NCBI GenBank assembly: GCA_028534125.1
Contig: CM052816.1
Span: forward strand, 69,876,001-69,940,000
DNA length: 64,000 nucleotides
Direction: 5' to 3'
Source: Lama glama
Lineage: Eukaryota
Below the pieces are notes generated by a model. It did not search any database and was not told where the DNA came from. It saw nothing but the letters and a program-made list of their open reading frames with translations. This document shows positions 13,611 through 27,449 of the stretch, one piece after another. Positions within the stretch are counted from its first letter, which is position 1. Every line of letters starts with the position of its first letter. Position numbers and translations under genes: made by a program.

Positions 13611-15229
13611 AGACTTCAGGCTTGGATGCACTCTTTATATCCCTGCATTCTTTCCACACCAACCACCCATATCCATAAGCTGTAAAATATTCTTTTCCCT
13701 CCCAATCAATCCCACTGGGCAAAGAACAAGCAACAGGCTGGCCTTTGCCCCAGTCCCAAGTCAAAGAAGAATGTGGACTTTTCATTGTCAGTCTCTAATG
13801 TCTTACTGGACTCTTGCCATCAACAGGTGGATGCAGACCCTCAGCTCAACCACCTTGCACCCGCATGGATTTTTCTGGCATCCCCTGTGTGCCTGGCCAT
13901 GTGAGCCAAGGTTCCCCCGCTCTCTACACAGTTGCTGTCATTCTTGTGAGACGGATCCAGGCTCCCCACCCTCATGCTTATGTTAAAGCTAAGCAGGTTC
14001 TCTTCCCTGCAGGGGTGGTGGCTCTTTAAGCACAGCTTGGTCACTTCTGCTAGACAGGTTGGCAGTGGAGGAGACAGTGGTTTGGTCGCCCACCCAGACT
14101 GAGGAGCTCTGATCTTCTGCAAGAGGAGCCCATTTCCTTCATATTGCAGAAGACAGAGGAAGACCTTCAAGGAGACTGTAAGATTGTTCCTTTAGCCAAC
14201 CCTAACACACACAGACACACACACGCACGTGCACACAGAGAGGCATCAAGGATTCTTGCCTACTCTAGCCTATAGTTTCCCTTCCAATCATTCTTGTTCC
14301 ATTTCCAGCTTCTGCCTTGGATTTTTTGGTTCCAAAAAGGAAGTGAAAGGTAACATTCCTTAAGAATGATTACTAAAAATGTATTCCAAGTTTTGTCACT
14401 TTATTATGTTTTCACTTTATTCATCAAAGTCACTGCAAGCTTTATACGTAAATAGAGAGGATTTGGAACAAGAGCCCAAAATAGCTCCTCTACCAACTGG
14501 CACTGGAGCAAAAGAATCATTTCTTTGGTTTTCTATTGCCCTCTCTAGACTTTTTAAAAATGCAAATTCCCCTAATAGGAGTAACAAATTGTCACTAACA
14601 CTTCACTGTAACTCAGTTTGTCAGATGGCTTTTCTCTAAGGGAAGTGGGGGATGCAGGAATGGGAGAAAAACACAGAAAGCAGAGTTGGGGAAACATTAA
14701 CAAATTTCATTTATTTCCCAATTTTTAAAAATGTTTCAGCTAGAATTTCACAAATCTTTGTGTTTTAGCACTTGTCCACCTTAGGAAAAATTGAGTGAGC
14801 AAGTTAGCCAAATCATTTTTGACATCTCAATTTTACAGGCTGGTACCATGTTATGAAATATTATATGAGAAGGAGGCATCCCCAAATGTTTATGTGTTTG
14901 TCTCTTGTCCTAATTAAGTCCATGTGGATCCCATGTGACTTCAAAGTATGGGGACCATGTTTCCATTATTTGTTTTGTTTTGTTTTGTATTTTCTTTTAA
15001 TGTGCTGCTTCAGTTAGAGAAGGAACAAATCAATATTTGGATTTGGAGGTAGGGTTCAGAGAGGGAATTTGTTTCGGCCATAAACTGTTGCAGGACTATA
15101 TGAGCTGTTAAGTCATGAAAAAGAAACTTCCTGGTATTAGTTAAGACACTTTTGGATGAAAGAAGGAGAAATCAATTTGGGCTAGCTGCAGCAAAATGTA
15201 GGGATGATGGCTTAAGGATAAGGGGTGTC

Positions 15230-15680
15230 TCATGGAGCCCAAGGGCAGGAATGTAGCCCAACCTGAGGAACTGAGGCTTGGGAAGCTTGTCAGCAACCCA
15301 GGAACAAACTCTGCCTCTTATTTCTGCCGCCCTCTGAACATCTGCTTCTCCTTTTCTCTCTCACTACAGACCAGCTTTCTCTGGGTTCTCTGGCCACATT
15401 GCAACATGCAACATTTTATAGAGTGGCAGAGAAACCCAAGGCTCCTGGATCGCCATGTTATCTTCCCAACCCTATAGAGACTAACTAGCTATCAATTAGC
15501 TCCAGTTCTTGGGAGGGAGACCCTGACTGGTCCAACTTGAATCAGGGTCTACCATGGCACTAATGAACTCTGGACAAAGGGACAGGTCACATACTACGAA
15601 TGCAGCTGCTGAGGCTTAACTTAGGCACGAGGGCTACTCTCTCAGAGCAAGGAGCACAGCACATATCCTGAGCAGTCAGT
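15230..15680 (-). mobile_element. Degenerate MLT1 (J/K/L-type) LTR
   Basis: ctgactggtccaacttgaatcagggtctacc-type motif; family assignment weak. Confidence 0.45.
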
Positions 15681-16009
15681 CCTTGGTCCAAAAATCAAGC
15701 TATCCAGAGCTTTCTGTTTTTCTTCTTTGTCATCTGAAGGTCCCCAGGTCTCATCAGCTATGAACACGAATAGGAGTTGTGTTCATAGCATCAAAATAGA
15801 CTTCAAACTCACACAGGTGCCACCAAGGGTTTTCCTGAGTGTCCATCTGAACTCATGAGGGGTCCCTCCAGCTGGGCCCCCCACTGCTCCCCAGATGTCT
15901 CTGCACTCCACCAGGCTCTGTGGTCTGTGCTGTGGTCTGCCTGGCACGTGACCGCTGCACACGCACCAGACTAGGTCCTGCGCTAGGAGGCCCATACCTT
16001 TCTAGCTGA

Positions 16010-16090
16010 TGGCTGTTGTCCCGCTGTCATTGTTAACAGCACTCCCTTTTGTTCTGTCCTGGTTCGTATGATAAACTATAGATCCTACAT
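16010..16090 (-). mobile_element. hAT-Blackjack (MER81/MER63-like) fragment
   Basis: gttgtcccg...aacagcactccctttt...tgtcctggttcgtatgataaactatag resembles the recalled terminal region. Confidence 0.5.
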
Positions 16091-16189
16091 ATCCCTAGTG
16101 TACAGATTTTACAATCCTCCAAGGCAAGGAGGCCTTTGTGAATCCTCTGTTAGAGAAGCTTCCGAACAAGGCAGTTCATGCCCCCAGCA

Positions 16190-16660
16190 TTTTATAGAGT
16201 GGCAGAGAAACCCAAATTTGATCTAAACTAACCAAAGGGAGAGTGGGTGTTTATTGACTGACATAACCAAGCTCGGGAAAGGGCAGGGCGTTGAGTTTGC
16301 CTCAGCAGTCACTATGTTCAGAACCTCAAACATTTGGGAACTCATTCTTTCTCTTTTTATTTCTTGTCTCTACTTCTTTTGGTGTGGTAACTTTATTCTC
16401 TCAGATTTGTCCCCCTGAGATAGGAAATTTGGACACTATTGTCAGCTCTGGGTTTATGTCCTCAACACTTCACAATCACAGAAGTCAGAGAGCTCTTGTT
16501 GGAAAGACCCTAGGAAGCAGTCTTTGACAACGGTGGGGTAACGTGCTCATCGCTGGACCAATCACCATGGCCAACGGAGGAGGAACTGTGATCTGCAGCC
16601 CCCACTTGAACCCTACTGAAAGGACAGGAGTGCCGTCCCAAGCAGACAAAACAAGCAATG
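16190..16660 (-). mobile_element. Degenerate MLT1K-like LTR
   Basis: gcagagaaacccaa...tttattgactgacataacc...gtgctcatcgctggaccaatcaccatggcc. Confidence 0.6.
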
Positions 16661-17133
16661 CCACCCATAGGTCTCTTTCAGTGTTTAATTCCAGCCTATT
16701 TTCACCAGAACTAAGACCTGAGTCCAATGTCAGCAGGCCATGAAATAAATGTAGGTGGCCCCACATCCCTCCCTTTCAACAACTGAGATATTCTGATGGA
16801 GGCAAACTCCTCCCGGTCCTTATTCCCTTGTCACATCCAGGTGGGTCCACGGTCCTTATGCGTGCGTTGTGAGTCAGGCTGCCTTAGCTGTTCACCAGAA
16901 CCCCAGCAGTGGACACCGCTGAGGCAGCAGCCTAAGGATAGCATTATATATATATATATATGTATGTATCAGCAAAATCAAACAGGGTTAGGGAAACATA
17001 CTGCACACTAGCCCAACCCTGGTAAGTTCTTGAAATTAAACCACACAAGTTCACAGACCTACAGTTTAAAAGCTTGGGTCCTGAAGACAACCCAGTGGGA
17101 CTGATGGGAAAGAAGTCTCTTCCCACTGCCCCT

Positions 17134-17139
<6 letters not shown>

Positions 17140-17167
<28 letters not shown>
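17140..17167. repeat. (TG)n microsatellite
   Basis: Direct reading. Confidence 0.95.
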
Positions 17168-18993
17168 CTCAGATATATTAAGGCTTTATAAACCAGGTCT
17201 TATGTGGTACATTTACTAATTTCAGGCCCAGACATTATTCATGGAAGAGAAAAGCAGATATCTGCTCTGCTAAGAATTTGAATATTCTTTTCTGTAATTG
17301 TGGGAAATTCCACTTGTCTTTAGTATTGCTAATTAACCAAGGCCCCCCTCCCCCAGTTTGCATCCGTGCTTTGATTGATTCTCAGCAAAGTTGGGCAATT
17401 TCAGTCTTGTTCAAGAATGGGTTGCATCCATGTGGGAGTCCGTATCTGCACTGGATCTACACCCAGGGCTTTGTGCTGGTTGACTTTCAGGGTCCTTTCA
17501 CCCCCCTGGTGCTGAGATTCGTGAGCACACAGTTGAAGCCCATTCATTTGGCGTGTGAGAACCTCTTAGTTTTATCTCCTCTCACAGTTGGGAAAGTAAT
17601 CATAAATTAAGAGACTAATGTGAAGCTTAGTGGCATACCTTAAGAGAAAGTTTAAGTCTTGGACAGATAACCATGAGGTGAGTGTCTGTAAGTTTTTAGA
17701 GGGGACAGCATCATAGGTCTACTTTGTCTGGAAAATAGCAGTCTACACAAGTTTGTGGGCAGGTGGGGTGTCCCCTCACTGGGGAGCAGTGAGCCCCCAT
17801 CAGCAAGGCTGCTTGCATGCTCTGTATCCTTCTGAACCCTAGTCCAGATCCCAGTGCCAAGTCCAAAATGAGTCAGTGGACTGATTGGCTGCACCATATG
17901 AGGAATCTCTCTGAGAACCATCCGTCTCTTGAAGGACACACACCAGGGCACAGCTTGTCTAAGGCTGCACAGCTTCTGCCAAAAGATGATTCTGCCACAG
18001 CTTTTAAACATATGATGCAAGATGTGTGCTGTGAAAAGCCCCCACTTACAATTTGAGTATTTTTGTTCAGAGGGATAAAAGAAAAGAAAGCAAACACATA
18101 AGCCCTAACACAGGGCCTGTTTACAGCAGTAGATCGGGCAGGTCTCGCTCCTTTTACTGCATCCCTGACCGCTCGTAACTGGATCAATTAGCTTAGAGGG
18201 GCCCCAGGTCTACTTGATAATGAAAACAGCGTCACCTCCTGTAATTAGTTATACAGAATAGTTATCCAACCTCTATTTCTCTGCACCACTCATGGTATTG
18301 ACCCTCCACATTTTAGTTTTCACCTTTTTGAAAATGAATTCTTATGAAACTTACACTGATGTACTTTGAGGATACTTCTAGGAAATCGTTAAAGAGTTTA
18401 AAAACCAGAGATCACTATGCTTTGGCTAATTTTCCAAGGAGGAGCCCAAGTCTGCTAGAGACAGAAAACCAAGTCTAATTATATCTATGGTGCCTGGGAG
18501 ACATCCCCGGCTTAGATGAGTAAATATGAAAAGAGAAAACTTTCATAAGCAATTAGCTGGGTCTTGGCTAAACGTCAGCAATGATTCCACTGTGAACCCC
18601 AAGCCCTCCCTCCCTCTCCCCTCAGCCACATTTCCTGTCAGCAAAGCAAAGAGGGATTCATATTGTTTCTCTGGAATTAGGCTCAGCAGTCTTCTCTTAA
18701 AAACTTGTCCCTTCTTCTGGTCATTATTGTCTTTTCTCTTATTATTTTTTAAGCCATTTTACTGGAAAACTGCTTGGCACCAAGCATCTCTTCTTTCGGT
18801 TAGAGTGGCTTCAAGTTCCCATTGGCCCACACATATCGCCGCCGGCTGAGCATGAGTGAGTGTGAGGGGAAGATATTTCCTTTAAAACACTCCACATTTC
18901 CACTGCAAATGGGAACCAGCAGAGCTCTCCCCGAGCCTGTCACATCTGGTGAACCCCCTGTCAAAACGGACCAATGGGATACTCAGGGCAACT

Positions 18994-19982
18994 TCACAAG
19001 GAGTTCTGGCTCTGCCGGGCTGTGGTCCACAATAGTGGGGGAGCGTGGCTTGCTGGTTGATTGATTACTGGCTTCCCTGAGGGCCAGTGAGTGTTGGCAG
19101 CCCTGACGGTTACCTCTGAGAAACTCTGAGCACCGTGCCGCTTTCCCGTGGGAGTCTCCTGTTGTTCCTGTCTTGGCCCCAAAGGAGGACATTTTGCAAG
19201 TTGGGAAGGTGACCACGTCTCTTCTCGTCCCCCTTCTCTGATGGGTGGTTTGAGATGGAGAACAGAATGTGTGCATTGCAACCCCCTCCCACTCATCTTC
19301 TGAAACTCCTCTTTAAGACAGAGCTTTCTCTCTACTCCAGAAGCTTCCTGGGACTGGACCTGGCTTTGCAGAGGCGAGGCCTGCTATTCCCAGTGGGAAA
19401 TATTGGCCAGGACGGTGGGAGGAGTCTTAGGAGCCGACTGGGGCCTCCTCCTCACTGGGCTCTCCCAACTAGACAAGTTTCCCAGCAGTAGAGCAGCCAG
19501 TCTGTTCTCCTCCTCTGTCCATGTGTCAGTTGCTTTAGAGCTCAGCATGGCAAAAAAGGGAAGTGATGAATCGTCACTCTCAGACTCCAGCCCCGCCCTC
19601 AAGAGTGAAAGGGATAGGAGCCAGGGGACTCGACTCCTGTGGGAATTCCCTGGAGCACCTCCAAGCCCACGAAGTGACATGGGAGAGGAATCAATGACAA
19701 GCCTGGGGACTGAGGAAGGGATGCAGAAGGATGTGGGAAAGGTGGCTCTTGCCTTTCTCCCAGAGACCTCCATGCAGAGTGAAGCAGAAAAACCTTGACA
19801 CAGGGGACCAGGGCCCTTCTTGGAGTCTTCTGAAGAGTGGTGCTTTTCAGGACTGGTTTCATGGCAAAGATTGTAAAGAAGACTCATCGGTCAGTGCATC
19901 CTCGTAATTATTCGAGGTTCCTTGGATGGTACTGAAGTGGAATTTAGAATTGAACTAGTCTTCCAGATGTGAGAGATTAGAC
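18994..19982 (-). pseudogene. Candidate decayed large coding exon, product unknown (Ser/Pro-rich, disordered-looking)
   Basis: Acceptor ctcttacttctcctgcag|GT at 19983/19982; ORFs 19384-19887 and 18994-19296 share one frame, giving 329 codons with two internal stops (TGA 19893-19891, TAG 19386-19384). Strand not certain. Confidence 0.35.
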
Positions 19983-20059
19983 CTGCAGGAGAAGTAAGAG
20001 AATTTGGTGGATCATGACAGCAAGGAGCATTCTTACTCATTACAGGAGCTCATCATAGG

Positions 20060-20600
20060 CCAGTAATTCTTGATCCATTAGAAACACCTAGAATTTCCAA
20101 ACAGTCTCAATGCTTGAGCCCCGCCCCACATCATTCAAATCAGACACCCTGGGGATGTGTTGCCAAAAACTTCCCAGATGATTCTGGTGTGCGGCTGGGG
20201 CTGAGAAACAGTGTTCTAGACTAAGGGAGCATCAGTGGTCTGTGCCCTGCCTCTGGAACAGACGCAGGTGGCGGGCGCAGGGTGGGTGTTCAACACTCAC
20301 TCTTCCCTGATGAATCTAAAGCTTTGCTACTCAAATGGTGGACCCTGGACCAGCTGGGATACCTGGGACCTTGTTCAAAAATGCAGAGTCTTGGATGCCA
20401 CCCTTGATCTAGACCTATTGAATCAGAGTTGTAGTAGGGGAAATGTTTCTTAAACTATTGTGCAGAGGAAACACCTGGAATCTAGTTAAAATACAGACTG
20501 TTCTAGTAGGTCTGGGTGGCAGACCAAGCTCCTGCCTTTCTAACAAGCTCCCAAGTGATCCCGATGCTGCTGCTCCTTGGGCCACACTTTGAGTCACAGG
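20060..20600. mobile_element. Cluster of MER5-type hAT-Charlie MITE remnants
   Basis: cccagatgattctggtgtgcggctggggctgagaaacagtg; taacaagctcccaagtgat...gccacactttgag. Confidence 0.75.
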
Positions 20601-22502
20601 GCAGTAGAGGACTCGGAGCAGCAACAAATGGAAGTTGCTCAAAGAGCAGAGCTCCAGCTTTGAACTGCTCTGTAGGAACGGTGCTGAAAATGTTGCATGG
20701 AACATCTTCAGGGGCATAAAAGACAGGGGGTTTACAGCCATGGCTGCCATGCCCAGGGCAGCCAACTGGTAATTGCCACCATCAGGAGATATCATTGCTG
20801 AAAGTTCCCGGAACTGCTAGTGGGGGCTGGCACCAAAGGAAACTACAAGGGAAAGAATCAAATTAACAAGACTGCTTAGCAAGTTGGAACCCTCTTCGCA
20901 TCCCAGCCCAAGTCACACTGGAGAATGAGGAAACTGGCCATTTTCATCACTTGCTCTCTGGAGGAGGGAACCAGTTTTTCCACGCACTTCATGCTCAAAT
21001 AAGAAAATAATAATTTCCCGTCAAGATGCCTCATGGGGCTTATGCATTTCTTTACCCCACAAATATTTACTGAGCTCCTACTTTGTACCGGGCACTGTGC
21101 TAAGACCTCAATTTGGAAGTCTAGAAACTGAGGGAGACTCCAGCCAGCTTTAGAAGCCTGGCTTTGCAACCCAGCCCTCACTGGAGAGGACAGAGTGGCC
21201 TGAGAGAAGAAAGTTATGCTGGGATGGTGCCCATAAACATCTTAGCTGTTATATAAATCCCAGGCCTGACATCAATGGATGTCAATTTCAGAAAAAAGAC
21301 CATATATGATTCATTTGGAATCAGGCAGTGGAAAAGCCAGTGCTATTACTGGAAGGAATTGGACACCACTGAGCGGCTCTAGGATAAAGGCTGAGTACAC
21401 AACATTTGGGAAGGAAATGGCAGCCTTGGAAGATATTGTGTGACAGCACTGGGGCTGCAATTCTAGAACCAATGTGAGTTTAGGAAAGGTTCGGTTCTGG
21501 GCAGGGGATGTACATGGGGGCTGAACTCTGGGCCGTCATCCTTTTCCCCATATGGACGGCGTGGCCTGTGTCATTTGGGAGGGCCCTTCCACTCCCACTC
21601 TGTGAACCCGTGTGCTCAGAGGAGGTGAGGCTGTCCTCCTGAGCTCGCCAACACCCTGTAAACAGTGTTCCTTGTGGCTTGCCTCAGGCCCAGGGACTTC
21701 CTCTTTGAAGAGCTCTGCCCACCTGTTATCAAGGCAGGACTACGTCTCAATCAACATGTACCCGAATGGCCCAGAGGCAGGGAGTGTTGAACAAAATCCC
21801 GGACTGGGAGCTCCGACAGCTCAGCAGAGGTGGGAGCACAATGTGAGCTTGTTATTAGCAGCAGCAATCAGGAGCCCTGTGGGGAGGCCACTGTCATCCC
21901 CACCTTGCAAGATACCCTGGAGCCCAGAGCTCAGTGATGTTAAATGACTTGCACAGTTACAAGGTGGTGGATGTGGGTGGAGTAGAAAAGAGTGTCTTTG
22001 ACTTCAAGCTACCAAACTCTATCCAAGGCCTTGTGGAAGTGAAGTTAATGGGGAGGGAAATGAGGGGTGATTACAAAATCAAGAGAACCTACAGGGGGAA
22101 AAAAATCTCTCATTAAAGTCAGGTGTGTGTGTGCGTGCAAAAGGAAACGTGGAATTCTCTCCATTTGAGGGGCCTCTGTTGGGGTCCCCATACAAGACAC
22201 TGAGACATTACAAAGGGAATGGAAGACTGGGTCCCTCCAGTCAAAGGAGTAGGCAGTATCATTGTGGAAATAGGACAGTTATAATGGATCAGTGCAATGA
22301 CACAAGTAACATAAGCACAAAACATATACCTAAGTGATGACAGCTGTGTGAGGAGTCCAGCAGCAGGGAGAAGAGAAGGCTCAGAGCTAACTAGAAAAGA
22401 GTGTGGGTAAGAAGGAAATTCATAGGAAGTCTCAGGATGAGCATCAACCCCAGAAAGGCACTTCTGCTAAGACAGATTTCAGCCCGTTCACCAGGGCCAA
22501 GA

Positions 22503-22518
22503 TAGCGCCCTCTGAAGG
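22503..22518 (-). promoter_or_regulatory. Candidate CTCF site
   Basis: Minus strand CCTTCAGAGGGCGCTA versus consensus CCASYAGRKGGCRSYA; CpG retained. Confidence 0.35.
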
Positions 22519-23679
22519 ACTCCATGATCCTAGAATGAAAGAAAGTCAAGCATGAAATTCTCCCAGGCAAGTCTGGTTGGAAAGGGAAGAGGAGAAATAT
22601 GGGGGAAAGTGCCACTGTAATATACAAAGAGAAAGGAAAGGAAAGACAAGCAAAAGGGCCGAGCAGAAACCACGTGCATACATGGGAACATCGTTGTGAC
22701 AACAATTGGGTAAAACAAGCTAAGTTCCTTAGTTTCAGTTTCTCCCCCTTTCCAAAGCATCCTCTGTCTGATTTCAGATTGTTCATGCTAAGGTGTTCCG
22801 TGCCTACTGAATACACTCTCCAGCCAGTAGCAACTGCCTCTCTTGGCTTCCAGCTTGACAAACATACCTATGAAGGCTCAACTAAGGATAAAAATGCACA
22901 GAATAAGACTGTTCTTCTCCAACAAGCAAACGAAACAAACCCTACTGCTGGGAGCTGAGAGAGATTTTTAATACAGCTGAAGGATCCAAATTGGAAGGGG
23001 AAATAAACCAGCGACATAGCCACGAGCTAACAGTGCTTCTCCTTGGAACATAAGGCAGCTCTGCACCAGAGAGAGAGGAGAAAGATGCTGGGCATTGTCC
23101 GTGACCTCCCTGGTCCTCCTAGTTCAGAGACATAAGGTGCACGCACTCTGCTGAGTGCAGGACCCGTATTCCTTCAATATCTATTGACATTGGGCTCCCT
23201 CCTCACAGCAACCTGTGTTCATCCCGGTAGGGCCCGCTGGGGGCTGATGCTGGAGCATCGCTGAGCATTGCTGATTTTGGTCCCTCACAGAAAAAACTTG
23301 TCGAGCAGAGACAAAAAGCCCAGGTAGCGTGCTTGCAGGGAACCAGAGTTTTTAATGTATTTAATTGATTCAACATGTCAGAAAGTAAGGCCTTGGTAGT
23401 AGAGGGAAATTTTTACACCTCTTTCCAAGAAAGCCAACATGGTAAACACCTGTGAGTGACCAGGACCTGTGCTGTGTGCTGTGTGCATCTCTCTCATTTC
23501 TGGCCACAGGCTAAGGACCCACTGGAGTCTAGACACCACCTGTTACCATCAGAACCTGCTGAATCCCTCAGGTTGGAGCCAGAAACTAGCTACTCCAGTT
23601 CCCCAGATAATTCTGATACCTGAAGAACTAAGGACATAGAGGGACTGAATAATCATAATTTTAAAAAATGACTTATTGT

Positions 23680-25120
23680 AAGAATATATTTTTAGAAAAT
23701 TGTTAACATCCTCAAGAACACATTACCTTAATGAAATAAAATCAGAAAGCCACAGATGAAATTTCCACAGGATGCAATGACCATAGCATATGCAACAACA
23801 TAAAATGAAAATGTTGAGTAGAAAAGGGAGCTGGAAGTCATTTAAAACAAACAAAAAAAAAAAGCACTGCAAGGAAGCAATACTTGCAATAGCATGATTA
23901 AAGTCTACATCAGAGCTGTAAATAGCAGACCTGACAGGGTAGAATTTAAATCGGTAATGCCAAGAAGAAGCCTAGAAACTCCTCCGGAAGATAGAGGTGG
24001 GAAAAAAAAGAGAAAGGAAAATATTTTTAAATGAGACAAAAGATGTGGATAAGAAGGCATTATTATTCAGAGGACAGAGAAGCAACCTAAGAACCACAGA
24101 TTTCCTGAAAAAGAATCCAGAAGCTCTAGAACAGAAGAGATAATCCAAATCATGATGAAAAAGAAAACTTTCCAGGGAAGAAAAGAGTCCTTAATTTGCA
24201 AATGTAAAGGGCCCCCTTGGTTCAGCCAAAAAGTCTTCTAAAAAATATTTGAGCAAAACCTTGAATTACAAGGATAAGTGGATAAATGTGCAGGCAGCTA
24301 GCCGGAAAACCATTCCCGCACATGAGCAACTGAAAAGCCCAGAAAAACGGTGGAGCTGTGTTTACAAGATCTTGAAGTGAAAATGTATAAACCAGGAAGA
24401 CTGTCCTCAAATTGTTTTTCGTCTGTGGAAAGAAGAGCAATGCATTTCTAGACGTAGACAGATTCCAAAAATACACTTCCTATGTATGGCATCTTGAGAA
24501 AGTGATGTGAAGAGGTGCCCTGGCTGACTCAGTGGTGAGTCAGAATTAAGATCCCAAGAACAAAGAAGTCAATCATAGTATAAAGACTGGCAGGAAGAAT
24601 TTAAATGGCAAAGAGTTTAACATAAATAATGATTGTAAGTGTGTGCCTGTATATGACTGTCAACAATAATTATTAACAATTCTGAAATCCTTAAAATGAA
24701 ACATAGATATTACAAAGGGGAGGGATAAAAAATGACAAACAAGGAACTCGGAGGAAACAAAAATCAGGGAGCAAAAGAAAAGGAAAATGTAAATCCTTAC
24801 GTGCTAGCATTCATTTTCACAGAGAGAGAAAAGAAAATATTCTGAATATAATAGGGTGTTACAAAAATAGGGCAAGCTCCCGAAATTAAAAAGAGAAAAG
24901 GATAGTTGAAATGAAAAACTCAATAGAAGCAGTGAATAAAGTTAATGAAAGCATCCAGAAAGTAGACGCAAAAGAAGAGATGGAAAATAGAAAAAGATAA
25001 AGATAATAAAGTCAGGAGATTTGATTTATAACTACTGTGACTTCCAGAAATTAAAAAATTTAGAAAATACAGAGATGAAATATCCAAAGATGCGGAAAGC
25101 TGAGCAAAAAGGAAGCATTC
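23680..25120 (+). mobile_element. Very old L1ME/HAL1-like ORF1-region remnants
   Basis: Strongly A-rich; aagaaaactttccaggg...tttgcaaatgtaaagggccc resembles L1 ORF1 ENFP...LQIERAH. Confidence 0.55.
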
Positions 25121-26743
25121 CTTATAATGTTGGGGGGGTGCATAATTTTCACCCTCTAATTCTCTGCCCAGTTTTTGTCTCCTCTGAGTTCCCAGCTCAC
25201 GTGATGTAATATCTGTGTTTCCTTTTAAACAAAAGACAGCAGTAGAAGGCCCCACACTAGTCTCAGCCCTATGGCAACTTAAGAATTGTTAAGAATTACT
25301 GTTGACATTTATATCCAGTTATACATTTATAATTATTTAGATTTAATTCTTGGCATCACAATTCCCAATCCTCCCTGCCAGTCTTTTGTACTCAGATTTA
25401 TTTGTTTTGGGGATGAACACAGACTAATGCTATTTTCAGAGATGCTGGGACTCAAAAAATTCACCATCCTGCATCCTTTCTCAGGAAATTTCTGTAAGAG
25501 AATGTGCTCTACATGAATGAGAAAGTCAATCTATACTGAATAGTTCTTCCAAAAAAAAAAAATTGACCAAGTACAGGTGACTAGGAATTCGTCAAGCCAG
25601 ACTTAGAGCACAGATCTTACAGTTCCTCGTCTGATGTTGTTTCAGTTATATTGAGATAACAGTAACTGGTACCACCACTAGCCTCTGCTTCCACCATCTA
25701 CCTACAGAGTCACTCCGGACCAAGGCTCCCAGAGGCAGTCATGGAACTGTCAGCGCAGTGCTCTCCCTTGATTGCACTGACCTGTGAGTTGAACCCTATT
25801 TGTCAGCTCCATTCCACCCAATGCCGTGGTGCTGTGGTCCACTAAAGGATGCACGCTGGGAGAGAGCAAGGACCACACCAATTGACTCACCTTTTTGGGT
25901 CCAGTATCCAGTCCTAGCTTGTGGTGATGCTCAACAAACATGCATTGGACTTTCTGGAAGGGTATGCATTGAAGTTGTGGTCATCCTTTTGACTGCATAT
26001 ATTTATTTACTTTTTTTCTTCATTTGTTCATTTAGACTTTCCTTAACATATAGGCTTTATGTATTCTAGCATGCTGGCTGGGAGATGGAAGATTTTGAAT
26101 ATAAACTGTCAGTGAATGGGAGCACACTCACCAACTGAGCCAAGCCACCTTGCTCTCTCCTCTCCCCATTCAGGAGAGAAGCAGCAGCTCTGAGAGACCC
26201 AGAAGGCCAGAGTGCCCAAGGAAGTGGGCTGGTGAGGGAGCAGGGGAGCGGGGACAACCAGACCCAGGCTTGGAGCAGGTTCAGGTTGTGTCATTAAGGG
26301 CAGTTGGTGGCCTAGCACACGTGGCTTCACCTGGCCAGAAGGAGCAGTCTCACAGAAGCAGGGATGTTGGTGGAAGGGAATGAACCTGACAAGGTGAGAG
26401 CAACCTAAGGAAGTCCTGGAGACAGGCACAGGAGGGACACATGAAGAGGTGAGAAGGTGTTCACTCCAGAGCTGGGAAACCCAGGCAGGTGAGCCACCGC
26501 ATGGGAGATGTAACCAGGTTTGGTTTCTAGGGACTAACGAGGATGAAAACTGACTCACTGGCAGCTTGAAGGAGCTTAGAGGGGTGGGCAGGTGGGGCTC
26601 AACTGAGGTACCAAGGGGCCTCTTATCCACCCTGTGCCACGGCTATCTAGCCTTTGAAAGTAACAGAAATTTAACATTCTCCTTAAAGCTAAGCTTCAGC
26701 CTAGAAATGGAAGTTTGATACTGAGAGTTAATACTATTTATCA

Positions 26744-27090
26744 CAGTAGTTCTCAACCACGGAGGCACATTACAATAATCTGGAACATTAAAAAGAAAAT
26801 AAAAACACAAAGCCAGGACCCACCCAAGCCCAATTAAATCAGGATTTCTGGGTATGCAGACTGGGCATTGCTATAGGTTTAAAATACTCCCCAGCTGATT
26901 CTAATCTCCACTAATCTAATGGAAGGGAATTTGGAGGCAAGTTGGGGCCTTGCTACAAACATGTGGCATCTGCAGACTGGAAGCTTGTTGGAAACACAGC
27001 ATCTCAGGCCCCATCCCAGATCTACGGTATCAGAATCTGCATCTTAATGAGGTCCTCAGAGCATCTGTGGGCACTTGAAAGTTTGAGTAT
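26744..27090. mobile_element. MER5A/MER5B-type MITE remnants
   Basis: cagtagttctcaacc...ccccagctgattctaat; ggaagcttgttggaaacacagcatctcaggccccatcccaga...cagaatctgcat. Confidence 0.75.
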
Positions 27091-27373
27091 GACTGATAGG
27101 AAAAAAAAAACCATGCAGAGTCTCAGCTGTGACTTGTTAAAACAGCCAAGGAGTCAGTGCACTAGAAGAGATCTTAGTCGTGCAGCCATTCCTAATCTCC
27201 ATCCTGGTGCCAGGAAGAAATGGAAAAGCGTCAGGGAGGTCCATCACCCAAGAGATCAGACAGGCTTTAAAAACTCTAAACAGGGTAGGAGACAATAGAG
27301 AGGAGTGAGGACTGAGGGGCAGAGCACACAGCCTCCCCCGGGAGGGAATCTGAGACTCAGCTCCAGCTGCCAT

Positions 27374-27415
27374 TTGGCCCCGGGGGTGACTTGGCCCTGG
27401 GGGTGACCTGGCCCC
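27374..27415. repeat. 17-bp tandem repeat, ~2.5 copies (TTGGCCCYGGGGGTGAC)
   Basis: Direct reading. Confidence 0.85.
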
Positions 27416-27449
27416 CTCTGCAGTTGCTCTGTGAAAGTACAGGCACTGT

